DNA of 62,327 bases from a virus (IMGVR_UViG_3300042542_002992:1-62327); one strand, 5' to 3'. Shown: positions 28,359 to 38,948, counted from the stretch's first letter. Notes: generated by a model not told the origin, from the sequence alone. Translations and numbers: made by a program.

Positions 28359-30050
28359 ATGTTATTAGATTGTACATTAAGAGATGGTGGTTACTACACC
28401 AATTGGAACTTTGACATTCAAATGGTCAAAGACATGATTCAAGCCCTTGACGCTGCTAGCGTTGATGTGATTGAATTGGGATACAAATCACCCGTAAAAG
28501 GTGGTAAGTTCCGAAAGTGTAACGATAGGTTTATTTGGGAACTCTTGGAATATAGAAAGCCCACAACTTCTCAATTGGCGTTCATGATTGATGCCAAAGA
28601 TTTTATCAAAGGTGGTGATGTTGATTATTCTCTTATTGATGATGTGATTCACCCAAAACGTGAATCTCCATTTTCAATTTGTAGATTGGCTATCAAACAT
28701 TCCGAAATTGACTTATCTTTAAAAATTGGAGAATACGTCAAATCAAAAGGATATGACCTTGCGGTAAACCTAATGGGTATTTCACTTTTAAGTGATGAAC
28801 AAATTAACGAGTTTGGGGTGTTCTCAAAATTAAACCCTATCGCACTTTACTTTGCGGATTCTTATGGAAATCTTGAACCAACACGAACCTGTGAGTTGGT
28901 ATCTTTATTTAAAACTTTTGGGTGTTCGGTTGGGGTTCATACACACGACAACCTTGGACTTGCGTTTGCGAATTGTTTGTCTGCTATGGAAGAAGGAGCC
29001 GAGTGGATTGATGGAACTCTTCTTGGTATGGGTCGTGGTGTTGGTAATGTAAAAACCGAACAATTGATTACCTACCTATATTGGAGACGTGGGTTGTACC
29101 CAAACTCAAAACAAGTTCAGAGAATCGTAACACATTGGATGGCTCCTCTTCAACAAATTCACCAATGGGGATTCACACACAACTACATGGTGAGTGGTTT
29201 AAATCACATTCACCCACTTTATCCACAAGAATTACAATCTTCTATTATAAGTCCAAACCGAATCGAAGATATTCTTTGTTCTATTGAAGACTCGGTTTCG
29301 TATGATTTTTCAAAGATTGAATCACATCTGATTCCAAAGGTGGCTGTTGTGATTCCTGCACGATACAAATCATCAAGATTTCCTGGTAAACCACTTGCCA
29401 AAATCAAGGGTAAGGAAATGATTATTTGGGTTGCTGAAATTGCTGAAAAAGCGGTTGGTCGTGACAATGTTTATATTGCTACTGAAAATGAAGAGATTGT
29501 TGATGTGGTTAAGGGGAACGGGTACAAGGTGGTACTGACTTCAGATTCATGTCCTACCGGAACTGACCGAGTGGCTGAAGCGGCTTTGGAAATTGATGCT
29601 GATATTATTATTAACATTCAAGGTGATGAACCTATGTTGAATCCAAGTGATATCACAAAAGTTATTCAAGAAAAAATTAAACACCCAAATCACGTTATAA
29701 ATTGTATGGCTTATTTGAGTGCCGGTGAAAACGTTGAAGATAAAAAGATTCCAAAAGTTATCACTTCGTTGACCGATGAGTTGATTTATATATCACGAAA
29801 TCCAATTCCTGGAACAAAAACTGGAAATGGAGCAGCTCCTAAAAAGCAAGTTTGTATTTACGGGTTTAATAGAAACGAATTAAAAAAGTTTTCTGATATG
29901 GGTGAAAAAACACCACTCGAATTCGAAGAGGATATTGAAATTATCAGATTTATAGAAATGGGTGTAAAAGTAAAAATGGTTATGTTGAATAGTCAGTCAT
30001 ATGCTGTAGATTACCCAGAGGATATTAATATAGTAGAACGAAATTTATGA
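28359..30050 (+). CDS. fusion: DRE-TIM pyruvate aldolase (HMGL-like) + CMP-Kdo synthetase (KdsB-like)
   Basis: N-half DCTLRDGGY, ADSYG, HTHDNLGLA, GMGRG.GN; C-half IPARYKSSRFPGKPL, TGTDR, NIQGDEP, LE..E.IE..R. Confidence 0.88.
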   Translation: MLLDCTLRDGGYYTNWNFDIQMVKDMIQALDAASVDVIELGYKSPVKGGKFRKCNDRFIWELLEYRKPTTSQLAFMIDAKDFIKGGDVDYSLIDDVIHPKRESPFSICRLAIKHSEIDLSLKIGEYVKSKGYDLAVNLMGISLLSDEQINEFGVFSKLNPIALYFADSYGNLEPTRTCELVSLFKTFGCSVGVHTHDNLGLAFANCLSAMEEGAEWIDGTLLGMGRGVGNVKTEQLITYLYWRRGLYPNSKQVQRIVTHWMAPLQQIHQWGFTHNYMVSGLNHIHPLYPQELQSSIISPNRIEDILCSIEDSVSYDFSKIESHLIPKVAVVIPARYKSSRFPGKPLAKIKGKEMIIWVAEIAEKAVGRDNVYIATENEEIVDVVKGNGYKVVLTSDSCPTGTDRVAEAALEIDADIIINIQGDEPMLNPSDITKVIQEKIKHPNHVINCMAYLSAGENVEDKKIPKVITSLTDELIYISRNPIPGTKTGNGAAPKKQVCIYGFNRNELKKFSDMGEKTPLEFEEDIEIIRFIEMGVKVKMVMLNSQSYAVDYPEDINIVERNL

Positions 30051-30643
30051 AGGTTTATTTTGACGTAGGAGCTCATGATGGTAGAGATGGGTTCGGTTCT
30101 TTAATTGGTGCTAAATATCAAAAGTGTTATGCTTTTGAAATTGATAAAAGAATGATTGATAAAATCAAAGGTAGTTCAAAAGTATGGGGGGGCCAATATG
30201 TACTTATTGAAAAAGCGGTTGGTTCTAAAAACGAAACCATGCGTTATACGTCATTCAAAAAATCAAATGTTGGTTCACTTTATGATGTGAATTCCGAATC
30301 TATAAAAGGTAGAGACCCACGGGATTTTGAAATAGTAGATGAATATGATGTTGAAGTTATAACTTTAGCTGATTTCTGTAAAGAAAATAATATAGAGTGT
30401 ATTGACCATTTACACATAGATACCCAAGGAAATGATTATGAGGTAATACTTGGACTTGGGGATTATATTAATATTGTACAATCGGGTGAACTTGAGTGTT
30501 ATGATACTACACAAAACAATTTGTATAGAAACACAACAAACACATTAGAAAATTGTAAAACATATTTAGAAGCTGCTGGATTTGAATGTAGTTTTGAAAG
30601 ACAATCGAACCATGATGGTAATTTAAAATTTAAAAGATTATGA
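30047..30643 (+). CDS. FkbM-family methyltransferase
   Basis: DVGAHDG, AFE, TL.DF, LHIDTQG.D. Confidence 0.85.
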   Translation: MKVYFDVGAHDGRDGFGSLIGAKYQKCYAFEIDKRMIDKIKGSSKVWGGQYVLIEKAVGSKNETMRYTSFKKSNVGSLYDVNSESIKGRDPRDFEIVDEYDVEVITLADFCKENNIECIDHLHIDTQGNDYEVILGLGDYINIVQSGELECYDTTQNNLYRNTTNTLENCKTYLEAAGFECSFERQSNHDGNLKFKRL

Positions 30644-31434
30644 AACAAAAAACAATAGAGTTACAAAACCAAATCCAACAATTTGAATATGTCCATGAGA
30701 GACTTGAATTGTTAAAAAATCAATATGAAGGTGAGACTGCTTATATCATTGCAGCTGGACCATCTTTAAACAATTATTCGATTAATCAATTGAAAAAAAC
30801 ATTGGGTGATAAGTTGGTGTTATGTATCAAACAACCCTACCACAATCTAAAAGATATCACCGACTTTTTGTTTTTGAATTTTACAAACCTATCACCATAT
30901 CAGTTTCAACAAGATACCATCGTATCGTGGGCCTTTTGGTTTAAAAATCATCCCGAAGCAATAGCTCAACAGGGGTGGAAAGCTGATTTGTTATTTCCTA
31001 TTTTTAGGAATGAAAACATTGATAATAAAATCTCACAATCAATAGCATATCAAGGTGATTTTGATAATATTACTTTTGAAAAAAGTTTACCGAGACCATG
31101 GGGACCTGGACTCATGTATGAACTTGCAATCCCAATGGCTTTACATTTGGGGTGTAAAGAAATTGTCACTATTGGTTGGGATATTGGTGATATAAATTTA
31201 TGGAAAAATCCAAATGATGAAGAAGAACGTCATTTTGTAGAACATTTCTATTCACCGGAAACTCCAATGTATGATAAGTTTAAAATGGATGCTGAAGAAG
31301 TAAAGTTGATTACAAAGTCAGTTTCAGACATGAACGCTTATTTAAATTCACAAGGAGTATCGTTCAAGATTGTATCGGATAGAAATCCAGCCGATTTGTC
31401 AGTCCCACGAATTAACTTGGAAGATATAAAATGA
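30640..31434 (+). CDS. DUF115/Maf-like (MptE-like) putative ulosonic acid transferase
   Basis: GETAYIIAAGPSL, A.HLGCKEI..IG.D, HFY. Confidence 0.7.
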   Translation: MKQKTIELQNQIQQFEYVHERLELLKNQYEGETAYIIAAGPSLNNYSINQLKKTLGDKLVLCIKQPYHNLKDITDFLFLNFTNLSPYQFQQDTIVSWAFWFKNHPEAIAQQGWKADLLFPIFRNENIDNKISQSIAYQGDFDNITFEKSLPRPWGPGLMYELAIPMALHLGCKEIVTIGWDIGDINLWKNPNDEEERHFVEHFYSPETPMYDKFKMDAEEVKLITKSVSDMNAYLNSQGVSFKIVSDRNPADLSVPRINLEDIK

Positions 31435-31823
31435 AAATAGAAGACTACAACAATCTACAAGGATTTGAAAATGAGACCCAAATTGCTGTAGACTTCGATG
31501 GTGTTATTCATAGAAATTCCAAAGGATTTCATGATGGCACAATATACGATACTCCAATTGATGGTTCTTTGGATGCTATAAAAGAATTACATGACATGGG
31601 TTATACTATCGTAATATTCACGGCAAAGGCAAAAAAAGACAGACCACTCGTAAATGGTAAGACTGGAGAAGAGTTGATTTGGGAGTGGTTGGTAAAACAT
31701 GGTATTTCACAATACGTTAAAGAAGTAACTTCAGAAAAACCAAGGGCAAAGTATTATATAGATGATAATGGTATCAGATTTACAAGTTGGACTGACACTT
31801 TAAATTTGGTTTTATCAAAATAA
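31431..31823 (+). CDS. HAD-superfamily phosphatase
   Basis: VDFDGVI, IFTA, KP.A..YIDD. Confidence 0.85.
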   Translation: MKIEDYNNLQGFENETQIAVDFDGVIHRNSKGFHDGTIYDTPIDGSLDAIKELHDMGYTIVIFTAKAKKDRPLVNGKTGEELIWEWLVKHGISQYVKEVTSEKPRAKYYIDDNGIRFTSWTDTLNLVLSK

Positions 31824-31836
31824 TTTTGTATATTAG
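31805..31836 (+). promoter_or_regulatory. Bacteroidota-type promoter inside glycan island
   Basis: TTTG(31805)-N20-TATATTAG(31829). Confidence 0.65.
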
Positions 31837-31851
31837 TAAAAATAAATCGTT

Positions 31852-33036
31852 ATGAGAGAACAAATTCCTTTATTTAAAGTGTTTATGAGTCCTACCGCAA
31901 AAGACGAGGTGGGTAAAGTGTTGGATAGTGGTTTCATTGGGCAAGGTGCTGTAGTGGAAAGGTTTGAAAAAGATTTGAGTGAATTTCTTGAAAATGACCG
32001 AGTTTTAACTTTAAACTCCGGAACATCAGGTCTTCATTTGGCGTTACATCTATTAAAAGCTCCAAAGAAATCAACGCAAGTATACCATGGTGTAGCTTCA
32101 GTTGATTCCTATTGGCCTGGATTAGAAGATGGTGATGAGGTATTAGCTACCTCTTTGACCTGTACCGCTTCCAACTTTCCAATTTTGGCTAATAATCTGA
32201 AAATCAAATGGGTTGATATTGACCCAACTACTTTGAATATTGATTTGGATGATTTGGAAAGAAAGTTGAGTCCAAAGACCAAAGTTATTATGTTAGTACA
32301 TTGGGGTGGATATCCAAACGACTTGAATCGTATAAAACAAATTCAAGAAAAATGCCAACGTATGTATGGGTTTAAACCTGCTGTGATTGAGGATGGGGCA
32401 CATTCATTTGGTTCAAAATACATGAATAAACCATTGGGTAATCATGGTAATATCGTAATGCACTCATTACAAGCAATTAAACATATTACTTCAGTCGATG
32501 GTGGTGTTTTGATTTTACCACATCAAGAATTATACAATAGAGGTAAGTTGCTTCGTTGGTATGGTATTGACCGAGATTCGAATAGAAAAGATTTTAGATG
32601 TGAGGCTGATATTACGGAATGGGGTTTCAAGTTTCATATGAATGATGTGAACGCTGCTGTTGGTATTGAAAATTTAAAACACGCAAAAAATATTATTTCG
32701 TCACATAAATCAAACGCAAAGTTTTATGATGACTCTCTGAATGATGTTGCCGGATTGACCACACTAACCCGACACACAGGCCATGATTCAGCATTTTGGA
32801 TTTACTCAATGTTAGTTGATGACCGAGATAGATTTATGAAGTGGATGAAAGAGTGTAATATTATTGTATCACAAGTACACGAACGAAATGACAAACACAC
32901 TTGTGTCCGTGAACATATGTCAGCATTACCACAACTTGATAGAACTATTGGTAAAGTTGTATCCATTCCTGTTGGTTGGTGGGTTAATGACGAACAAAGA
33001 GAATATATTGTTGATTGTATCAAAAAAGGTTGGTAA
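31852..33036 (+). CDS. DegT/DnrJ/EryC1/StrS sugar aminotransferase
   Basis: NSGTSGLHLA, VHWGG, IEDGAH, SLQAIKHITS.DGG (PLP lysine). Confidence 0.92.
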   Translation: MREQIPLFKVFMSPTAKDEVGKVLDSGFIGQGAVVERFEKDLSEFLENDRVLTLNSGTSGLHLALHLLKAPKKSTQVYHGVASVDSYWPGLEDGDEVLATSLTCTASNFPILANNLKIKWVDIDPTTLNIDLDDLERKLSPKTKVIMLVHWGGYPNDLNRIKQIQEKCQRMYGFKPAVIEDGAHSFGSKYMNKPLGNHGNIVMHSLQAIKHITSVDGGVLILPHQELYNRGKLLRWYGIDRDSNRKDFRCEADITEWGFKFHMNDVNAAVGIENLKHAKNIISSHKSNAKFYDDSLNDVAGLTTLTRHTGHDSAFWIYSMLVDDRDRFMKWMKECNIIVSQVHERNDKHTCVREHMSALPQLDRTIGKVVSIPVGWWVNDEQREYIVDCIKKGW

Positions 33037-33626
33037 TGTATATAGAACCAAAAATAGAATCTTCTTACTATTGTAGTAACAAGGGAGCTCATCCAAGTAG
33101 AAACTTATTACCATACTTTTATCCAAAAATTGGTAAAGCTATTTATGATGTGATTATGGATAAAAAACCAAAAATTGTTGTAGAGTTTGGTGTATTGAAC
33201 GGATTCTCAACAGTGTGTATTGCACAAGCTCTTCGTGACCTTGGTGGTGGTAAACTTTATTCATATGACCTTTGGGAGAACTACCCATACAAACGTGGTA
33301 ACAAACAAATCGTTTCTGAAAATTTGGAAAAATATGGATTAACCGAATTTGTAGAATTATGTGATGGTGACTTTAACGATTGGTGTTCCGAAAAACATGA
33401 ATGTGACTTACTTCACCTTGACATCAATAATGATGGTAATATTATATCGATGGTCAGTTCTAATATCGATTGGTGTGATGTTCTATTTGAAGGTGGTACT
33501 TATGAACGTGATACTTGTTGGTGGATGGAAGAGTTTAATCGTAGACCAATTACCGATGTCAAAGAAGCAGTTGGTTATAAAGTATTAGTAGAAGAATTTC
33601 CGGGATTGTCAATTATAGAAAGATAA
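33036..33626 (+). CDS. class I SAM-dependent methyltransferase
   Basis: VEFGVLNGFST, SYDLW, DLLHLD. Confidence 0.8.
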   Translation: MYIEPKIESSYYCSNKGAHPSRNLLPYFYPKIGKAIYDVIMDKKPKIVVEFGVLNGFSTVCIAQALRDLGGGKLYSYDLWENYPYKRGNKQIVSENLEKYGLTEFVELCDGDFNDWCSEKHECDLLHLDINNDGNIISMVSSNIDWCDVLFEGGTYERDTCWWMEEFNRRPITDVKEAVGYKVLVEEFPGLSIIER

Positions 33627-33627
33627 T

Positions 33628-34530
33628 ATGCCACGTTTTTTTAGAATGTATGGTGAGTCAATCTTTGACCTTGGTGATGTAGAAAGACTTGGGTTTCCAA
33701 TAACTGATGGTTATCAAATTCCAGATGAATATATTGAGTCTGGTAATTTTTTGATAATGAGATTATGTAATGGTTTTGGTGATTGGGGTATAATTTCAGC
33801 ATTACCTCGAAAACTAAAAGAAAAATATCCAAATTGTAAGGTATATGTACCCAGCGTCACTTTGATTAAAAAGATATTTGGGGATTCACATCAATGGAAA
33901 CATTGGCCGAATCCGGAGTTGAATTGTGAACGTGTTTTTGTAAATAATCCATACGTTGATGGCTTTGTTGATACTATTGATGAGGTTGATGTTTTTCATG
34001 ACCACTATAGGGTGTATGACCCTAATAATGAAAACGTATCATTGGTAAAACAAATGATGCTATTTTGGGGATTTTCTGATTCGGAGTGTGTTGACTATTT
34101 GCCGGAATTGTATTTTGACAAAGATGAAATTGAACATGGTGATTCTTTGATTAAAGAATACTTTGGTGATTCCGAATTCGGTGGGTTTATAGCTACAAGT
34201 AGTCAGTTATCAAATGGTAAGTTTTTTGACGACTATAGAAATAAATTAATCATTGATGAGCTAAAAAAACATAATTTAAAGTATGTTTACTATGGTGGGG
34301 TTGATATAAAAGATACACCATTTGCAGACTATGTACAAGTTGGTTTAGATTTTGCAAAAGTCACAACACCACTACGAGTTCAACTTTACATACGTTCAAA
34401 GGCTAAAACAAATATTGGATATCAGAGTTCCATACATGAATTAATTTGTAGATATTCACCAATCGTTTGTACTGAAATGGATGGTGGTCCTCGTGAAAAC
34501 TATTTTGATAATATAACTTATTTGAAATGA
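33628..34530 (+). CDS. GT9-like (heptosyltransferase-type) glycosyltransferase
   Basis: R...GFGD...SALPR.LK.KYP, NNPYVD, PELYF. Confidence 0.6.
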   Translation: MPRFFRMYGESIFDLGDVERLGFPITDGYQIPDEYIESGNFLIMRLCNGFGDWGIISALPRKLKEKYPNCKVYVPSVTLIKKIFGDSHQWKHWPNPELNCERVFVNNPYVDGFVDTIDEVDVFHDHYRVYDPNNENVSLVKQMMLFWGFSDSECVDYLPELYFDKDEIEHGDSLIKEYFGDSEFGGFIATSSQLSNGKFFDDYRNKLIIDELKKHNLKYVYYGGVDIKDTPFADYVQVGLDFAKVTTPLRVQLYIRSKAKTNIGYQSSIHELICRYSPIVCTEMDGGPRENYFDNITYLK

Positions 34531-35579
34531 AAATAAATAACAAATATATCATAGGAACACATACGATGTTCTATGAAATTGAGATTTTACCGGAGTTTAT
34601 TGACTCTTTAATACAATGCTCAAATGAAGTTGAGAATCCTGAAAACATAACATATGACTTCATATTCAACATTAGCGAATACCTTGAAGGGGTCGATACT
34701 ACACAAACAACAAAGGATAAATTAGTATCAAGATTTGAGTCGGAAATGGTAAGACTATCCAATACAGGTGTTAATGTTAGATACAATGTGTATTCCGATG
34801 ATTCTAAATTATATAGTATAGCAGATTATCGTAGGGATTTCAACTACCACAATTGTTCAGACCATGATTATTTGATTTGGGGTGAAACTGATTCGTTGTT
34901 TCCAAAACAATTGTTTGACTCATTGGAAAGTATTAAAAACTACGCAAATAGTCAGAACATTCACAGATACACTGTTTGGTTTGCTGAACGTAAAATGTGG
35001 GATGCTTCGTGGGCTCCGTTGGAACACATCGACTTTGAAAAGGAAAAATACATCTCGATTAAAGATTTTGCAAACGAAGATGACTACAAAAAGAAAATTG
35101 CAGAGTCTCCACATAGTATTCGATATGTGATGAATCTTGATGAAATGAACGAAATAAATGACCGATATGATGACCTTAACGTTCAGATTTTACAATACCC
35201 AAAATTCAATGGATGTGGTCTTGTAATGAGTTCTGATTTTGTTAAAGCCGGTGTTAATATCCCTCGTGGTATTTTTGGAGTAGTTGCCGAGGATACTGCT
35301 ATGATGATATCCGCTCAGCAGGTCATGGGTAAGGCGTATATTCAGTTCGTAGTCAAAAACATATTGTTGGTTCATAATAGAGAACACACTCGTAAACGTA
35401 TGTATTGTGTTGACAAAGAAACTCATTCGGAAAGTGGGATGGGTGACTCATACCAACATGGAAAAGGAAAGTGGTTTGATAGAATTCTTGATATGTGTAA
35501 ACAAAACGTAAATTTGTTAGGATATAGACAAGACCGATTCTTTACTATTAAGGATTTTGAAAATGAAAATAGAGCTTGA
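34527..35579 (+). CDS. putative GT-A glycosyltransferase
   Basis: WGETD (DxD-like) and EDT motifs; glycan island context. Confidence 0.5.
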   Translation: MKINNKYIIGTHTMFYEIEILPEFIDSLIQCSNEVENPENITYDFIFNISEYLEGVDTTQTTKDKLVSRFESEMVRLSNTGVNVRYNVYSDDSKLYSIADYRRDFNYHNCSDHDYLIWGETDSLFPKQLFDSLESIKNYANSQNIHRYTVWFAERKMWDASWAPLEHIDFEKEKYISIKDFANEDDYKKKIAESPHSIRYVMNLDEMNEINDRYDDLNVQILQYPKFNGCGLVMSSDFVKAGVNIPRGIFGVVAEDTAMMISAQQVMGKAYIQFVVKNILLVHNREHTRKRMYCVDKETHSESGMGDSYQHGKGKWFDRILDMCKQNVNLLGYRQDRFFTIKDFENENRA

Positions 35580-36333
35580 TTATATAGTTCCCGAACCAAG
35601 TAGAACAGCACCAAACCTAATAGCGGATTTGGATGTATCCGCTAACTATATTGTAGATTTATATAATCAATCAAACATCAATAGACAATACAACGATTTT
35701 CTGAAGGGTAAGTCGGTTGTTATTGTAGGACCTGCTTCTTATTTGGAAGGTAGGGGTTTGGGTGAATTTTTTGATAGCTTTGATGTTGTTGTAAGATTGA
35801 ATCGTTCATTTCCGGTTACCAACACCAATGATTATGGAACAAGATGTGACATCAGATACCATAACATGAGTCAGAATAATGCTCAGGGCGGCCCGTTGGA
35901 TATTGATTTGATGCTCTCATTGGGTGTAAAATATGTTAGTTCACCATTTCCAAAACACATGGATTATTTTCACAATGACATAGTTGAATGTGAACGCCAG
36001 TTAAGTGGTAGTGGTATTGAATTTCACCATTGGTCTGATTTAGAACAATTTTTGACATTTCATATGTTGTTGAATACTCGACCAAACATTGGAACGTGTG
36101 CTATACTTGATTTGTTAAATTATGATATTAAATCATTACACGTTTCTGGAATTACATTTTTTAAAGATGGGTATAATTCACAATATAGTGATAGAGATGA
36201 TGACCTCGTTCCAGCATATCATGCAAATGGAGTTGCTAATCATGCTCAAAAACCACAAAAACAATTAATAAAACTCATTGGAGAATTTGATTCAAGAATC
36301 ACATTTGATGATGAAGTGAAAGATTCTTTATGA
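35563..36333 (+). CDS. GT29 sialyltransferase-like protein
   Basis: Sialylmotif L-like VVIVGPASYL...G..FDSFDVVVRLN...DYGTRCD; motif S-like PNIG..AI; G.TFF; C-terminal H. Confidence 0.78.
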   Translation: MKIELDYIVPEPSRTAPNLIADLDVSANYIVDLYNQSNINRQYNDFLKGKSVVIVGPASYLEGRGLGEFFDSFDVVVRLNRSFPVTNTNDYGTRCDIRYHNMSQNNAQGGPLDIDLMLSLGVKYVSSPFPKHMDYFHNDIVECERQLSGSGIEFHHWSDLEQFLTFHMLLNTRPNIGTCAILDLLNYDIKSLHVSGITFFKDGYNSQYSDRDDDLVPAYHANGVANHAQKPQKQLIKLIGEFDSRITFDDEVKDSL

Positions 36334-37286
36334 AAATAGCATTTTTTAGTGAGATGGGGTTTGATGGTAAGATTCCAAGAACTCATACAAACATGAGAGT
36401 TGAGTTTGCTCAAATGTGTGCACTTGGAGCTGACCACTATCCTATGTTAAAAATCCAACAAGTGCAACAAGAATATGATGTTGCTGTACTTTTAGTTGGT
36501 AAGTCCACGAATTTCAGAAATCAAATAGCAAATATTGATGTTGTAAATGAAGCACGCAGATTTGCTAAGAAAGTCCTTTGGATGCAGGAAGGTCCTCATT
36601 GGGTTTTCCAAGATATGCCATTGGAACACCAGTTCTGGCACTACAATGTTCTTGCATCTGCTGATGGATTATTGACTGAAAATAAAACCGACATACCTTA
36701 CTTTAAAGGAATTATGGGTGATGATAAGTGGGTTGTGGATATTCCAAGTTTGATGATTACCGACCTTGTTAATGATGTAGAGTATGCTAATAAAGAAGAA
36801 AAAATAATTATCGGTGGTAATTTTTGCCGATGGTATGGTGGGTTTGATTCATATATTTGTGCCAGAGATTTGGAGATTCCAATTTGGGCGCCATCTATGG
36901 GTAGAAAGATTGAAAACGAAGACCACATTGAGGATATGAACTACTTTCCTTACATGGAGTGGGTCGATTGGATTAAAACTCTATCGTCTTTTAAATACGC
37001 AATCCATTTAATGCCGACCACAGGCGCTGGAACATTTCCAATGAATTGTGCATACTTGGGAATCCCGTGTGTTGCATACAATGATTTGGATACTCAAATT
37101 AATTTACATCCAGACTTATCAGTAAATCCAGGTGATGTTCAGAGTGCTAGAAAACTTTTGAACAAATTAAAGAATGACCCTATCTTTTATAAAGATATGA
37201 GTGATAAAAGTAGATATTTATATAAACAATACCATTCAGAAGAATCGTTTCTATCTGATATTAAAAAGAAGTTACAAACATTATGA
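36330..37286 (+). CDS. GT-B glycosyltransferase
   Basis: KIAFFSE, WYGG, AGTF..NCAYLG.PC. Confidence 0.65.
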   Translation: MKIAFFSEMGFDGKIPRTHTNMRVEFAQMCALGADHYPMLKIQQVQQEYDVAVLLVGKSTNFRNQIANIDVVNEARRFAKKVLWMQEGPHWVFQDMPLEHQFWHYNVLASADGLLTENKTDIPYFKGIMGDDKWVVDIPSLMITDLVNDVEYANKEEKIIIGGNFCRWYGGFDSYICARDLEIPIWAPSMGRKIENEDHIEDMNYFPYMEWVDWIKTLSSFKYAIHLMPTTGAGTFPMNCAYLGIPCVAYNDLDTQINLHPDLSVNPGDVQSARKLLNKLKNDPIFYKDMSDKSRYLYKQYHSEESFLSDIKKKLQTL

Positions 37287-38470
37287 TTACAAAAAGCGAT
37301 ATTAGTTTTATCCAACCATCAAGAAACAATTTAAAATACTTAAAATGGTCTTACGATGCTATTCGTAAAAATGCCGGAAGTGAACCTCACATTTGTGTAG
37401 CGGATGATTTTAGTAATGATGGTACTTGGGAGTGGTGTCAAGAAATGATGTCAACCGACCCAAACTTTCACGCAATCCGTAACGAAGGACCTACTCGATT
37501 GGGGCATACTATTTTATATGACCGATTAATCAATGAGGTTGCACCTACAAAGATTGTTGGTATTTATCACGCTGATATGTGGTTGTGTCCTGGTGCTCTT
37601 GAGTCGGTGTTAGAACACATCAAACCTATGACTGTGGTATCATTAACTCGTATTGAACCTGACTTACACCCACCGGGACCGGAGAAGGTATTGATTAACA
37701 ATGCCCCAACCGAGCCGGAGAATTTTGATGAAGATTGGTTCATGGAATTCTTTAACAATTACTTACCAACGGTTAAGAACAAAATAACTGATGGTATATT
37801 TGCTCCTTGGTTTTTATTCAAAGAAGATTTTCAATCTATCGGCGGCCATGACCCATTGTATGCTCCGCAATCAAAAGAGGATTCAGATATCTTTAATCGA
37901 TTTTTACTAAATGGATATCAGTTTGTTCAAACTTGGGAAGGGTGTGTGTTTCATTTGACTTGTAGGGGTTCACGATTTAATCCAACATTGACTACTCCAG
38001 GTACCAACTCCAATGAGTGGGAAGCTCAGAATATTCGTTCAAGTCGTAACTTTATTCGTAAGTGGGGGCATTTTGTAAAACACGATGTTCAATTAAAACC
38101 AATCATTCCTCACAAATATGATATCGAATTTGAAGTAGCAAATTGTAATCTCAAGATGATTGAAGCATTAGAACCTTGGTGTGATAGAATGACACTTGAT
38201 TGTTCTCAAGAAGTTATTAATAGTTACATTCAAAGTGAACAACCAAACACTAAATTTGATTTATCAAAGAAGTTCAATACGAATGATAAATCAGACATTA
38301 TAGTACAATTTGACGCACAACGAATGACAAATCAGTCATTTCAGTTTATCCAAAATATGTCAGAAATATTTGATTTCAATCAATTTGAGATTGGTCAGTA
38401 CGAATTCGACATATTTAATATTAAGGTAAATCGTATAAAACACTACGAAGACGCCCTTATAAAATTATGA
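37283..38470 (+). CDS. GT2 glycosyltransferase
   Basis: DDFSNDGT, HADM, GGHD, EDSD..NR, H...R.SR. Confidence 0.88.
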   Translation: MITKSDISFIQPSRNNLKYLKWSYDAIRKNAGSEPHICVADDFSNDGTWEWCQEMMSTDPNFHAIRNEGPTRLGHTILYDRLINEVAPTKIVGIYHADMWLCPGALESVLEHIKPMTVVSLTRIEPDLHPPGPEKVLINNAPTEPENFDEDWFMEFFNNYLPTVKNKITDGIFAPWFLFKEDFQSIGGHDPLYAPQSKEDSDIFNRFLLNGYQFVQTWEGCVFHLTCRGSRFNPTLTTPGTNSNEWEAQNIRSSRNFIRKWGHFVKHDVQLKPIIPHKYDIEFEVANCNLKMIEALEPWCDRMTLDCSQEVINSYIQSEQPNTKFDLSKKFNTNDKSDIIVQFDAQRMTNQSFQFIQNMSEIFDFNQFEIGQYEFDIFNIKVNRIKHYEDALIKL

Positions 38471-38712
38471 GATACTTTATATTACTACCAGATGATACCG
38501 AGAAAGATGTTGATTATTCAACCAACATATTAGGAGAGGTATCGTTTAAGAATTTCTGGGCTGACCATGGTTTTGAAATACTTATCCGATTGGTAGAAAA
38601 GTATCCTGATACGCTGGAAACAGTGATTATCAAAGATGAAAAAAACAAATCTTATTCCGTAGAAGAATTCTTGGACGTTATTAAAAAGCTGAAAGTAATC
38701 CGACATGGCTAA
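38467..38712 (+). CDS. hypothetical protein
   Basis: 81 aa, ATGA-coupled to upstream gene. Confidence 0.65.
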   Translation: MRYFILLPDDTEKDVDYSTNILGEVSFKNFWADHGFEILIRLVEKYPDTLETVIIKDEKNKSYSVEEFLDVIKKLKVIRHG

Positions 38713-38717
38713 ACTTA

Positions 38718-38948
38718 ATGTTAATCAATTCGATTTTAGTGAAATTCAACACGCTGGTTATGAAAAATTTAAACCCAAAAAGAAAAATAAAGTTAAAGAA
38801 GACATTCTCGAATCATCGGGGAAGTCTGATAGAGGGGGAAAAAGTGACTCTCATATCAGTAAACGAACTAAAGCAAGAAGGTAAGGTAGAAGACCCATTC
38901 GGAGTAGAGTGGGTCTTACCTTTGGACTTTTTGGATACATCCTTATAG
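38718..38948 (+). CDS. hypothetical protein (SH3-like barrel possible)
   Basis: ORF fills the gap; alternative start at 38760. Confidence 0.5.
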   Translation: MLINSILVKFNTLVMKNLNPKRKIKLKKTFSNHRGSLIEGEKVTLISVNELKQEGKVEDPFGVEWVLPLDFLDTSL

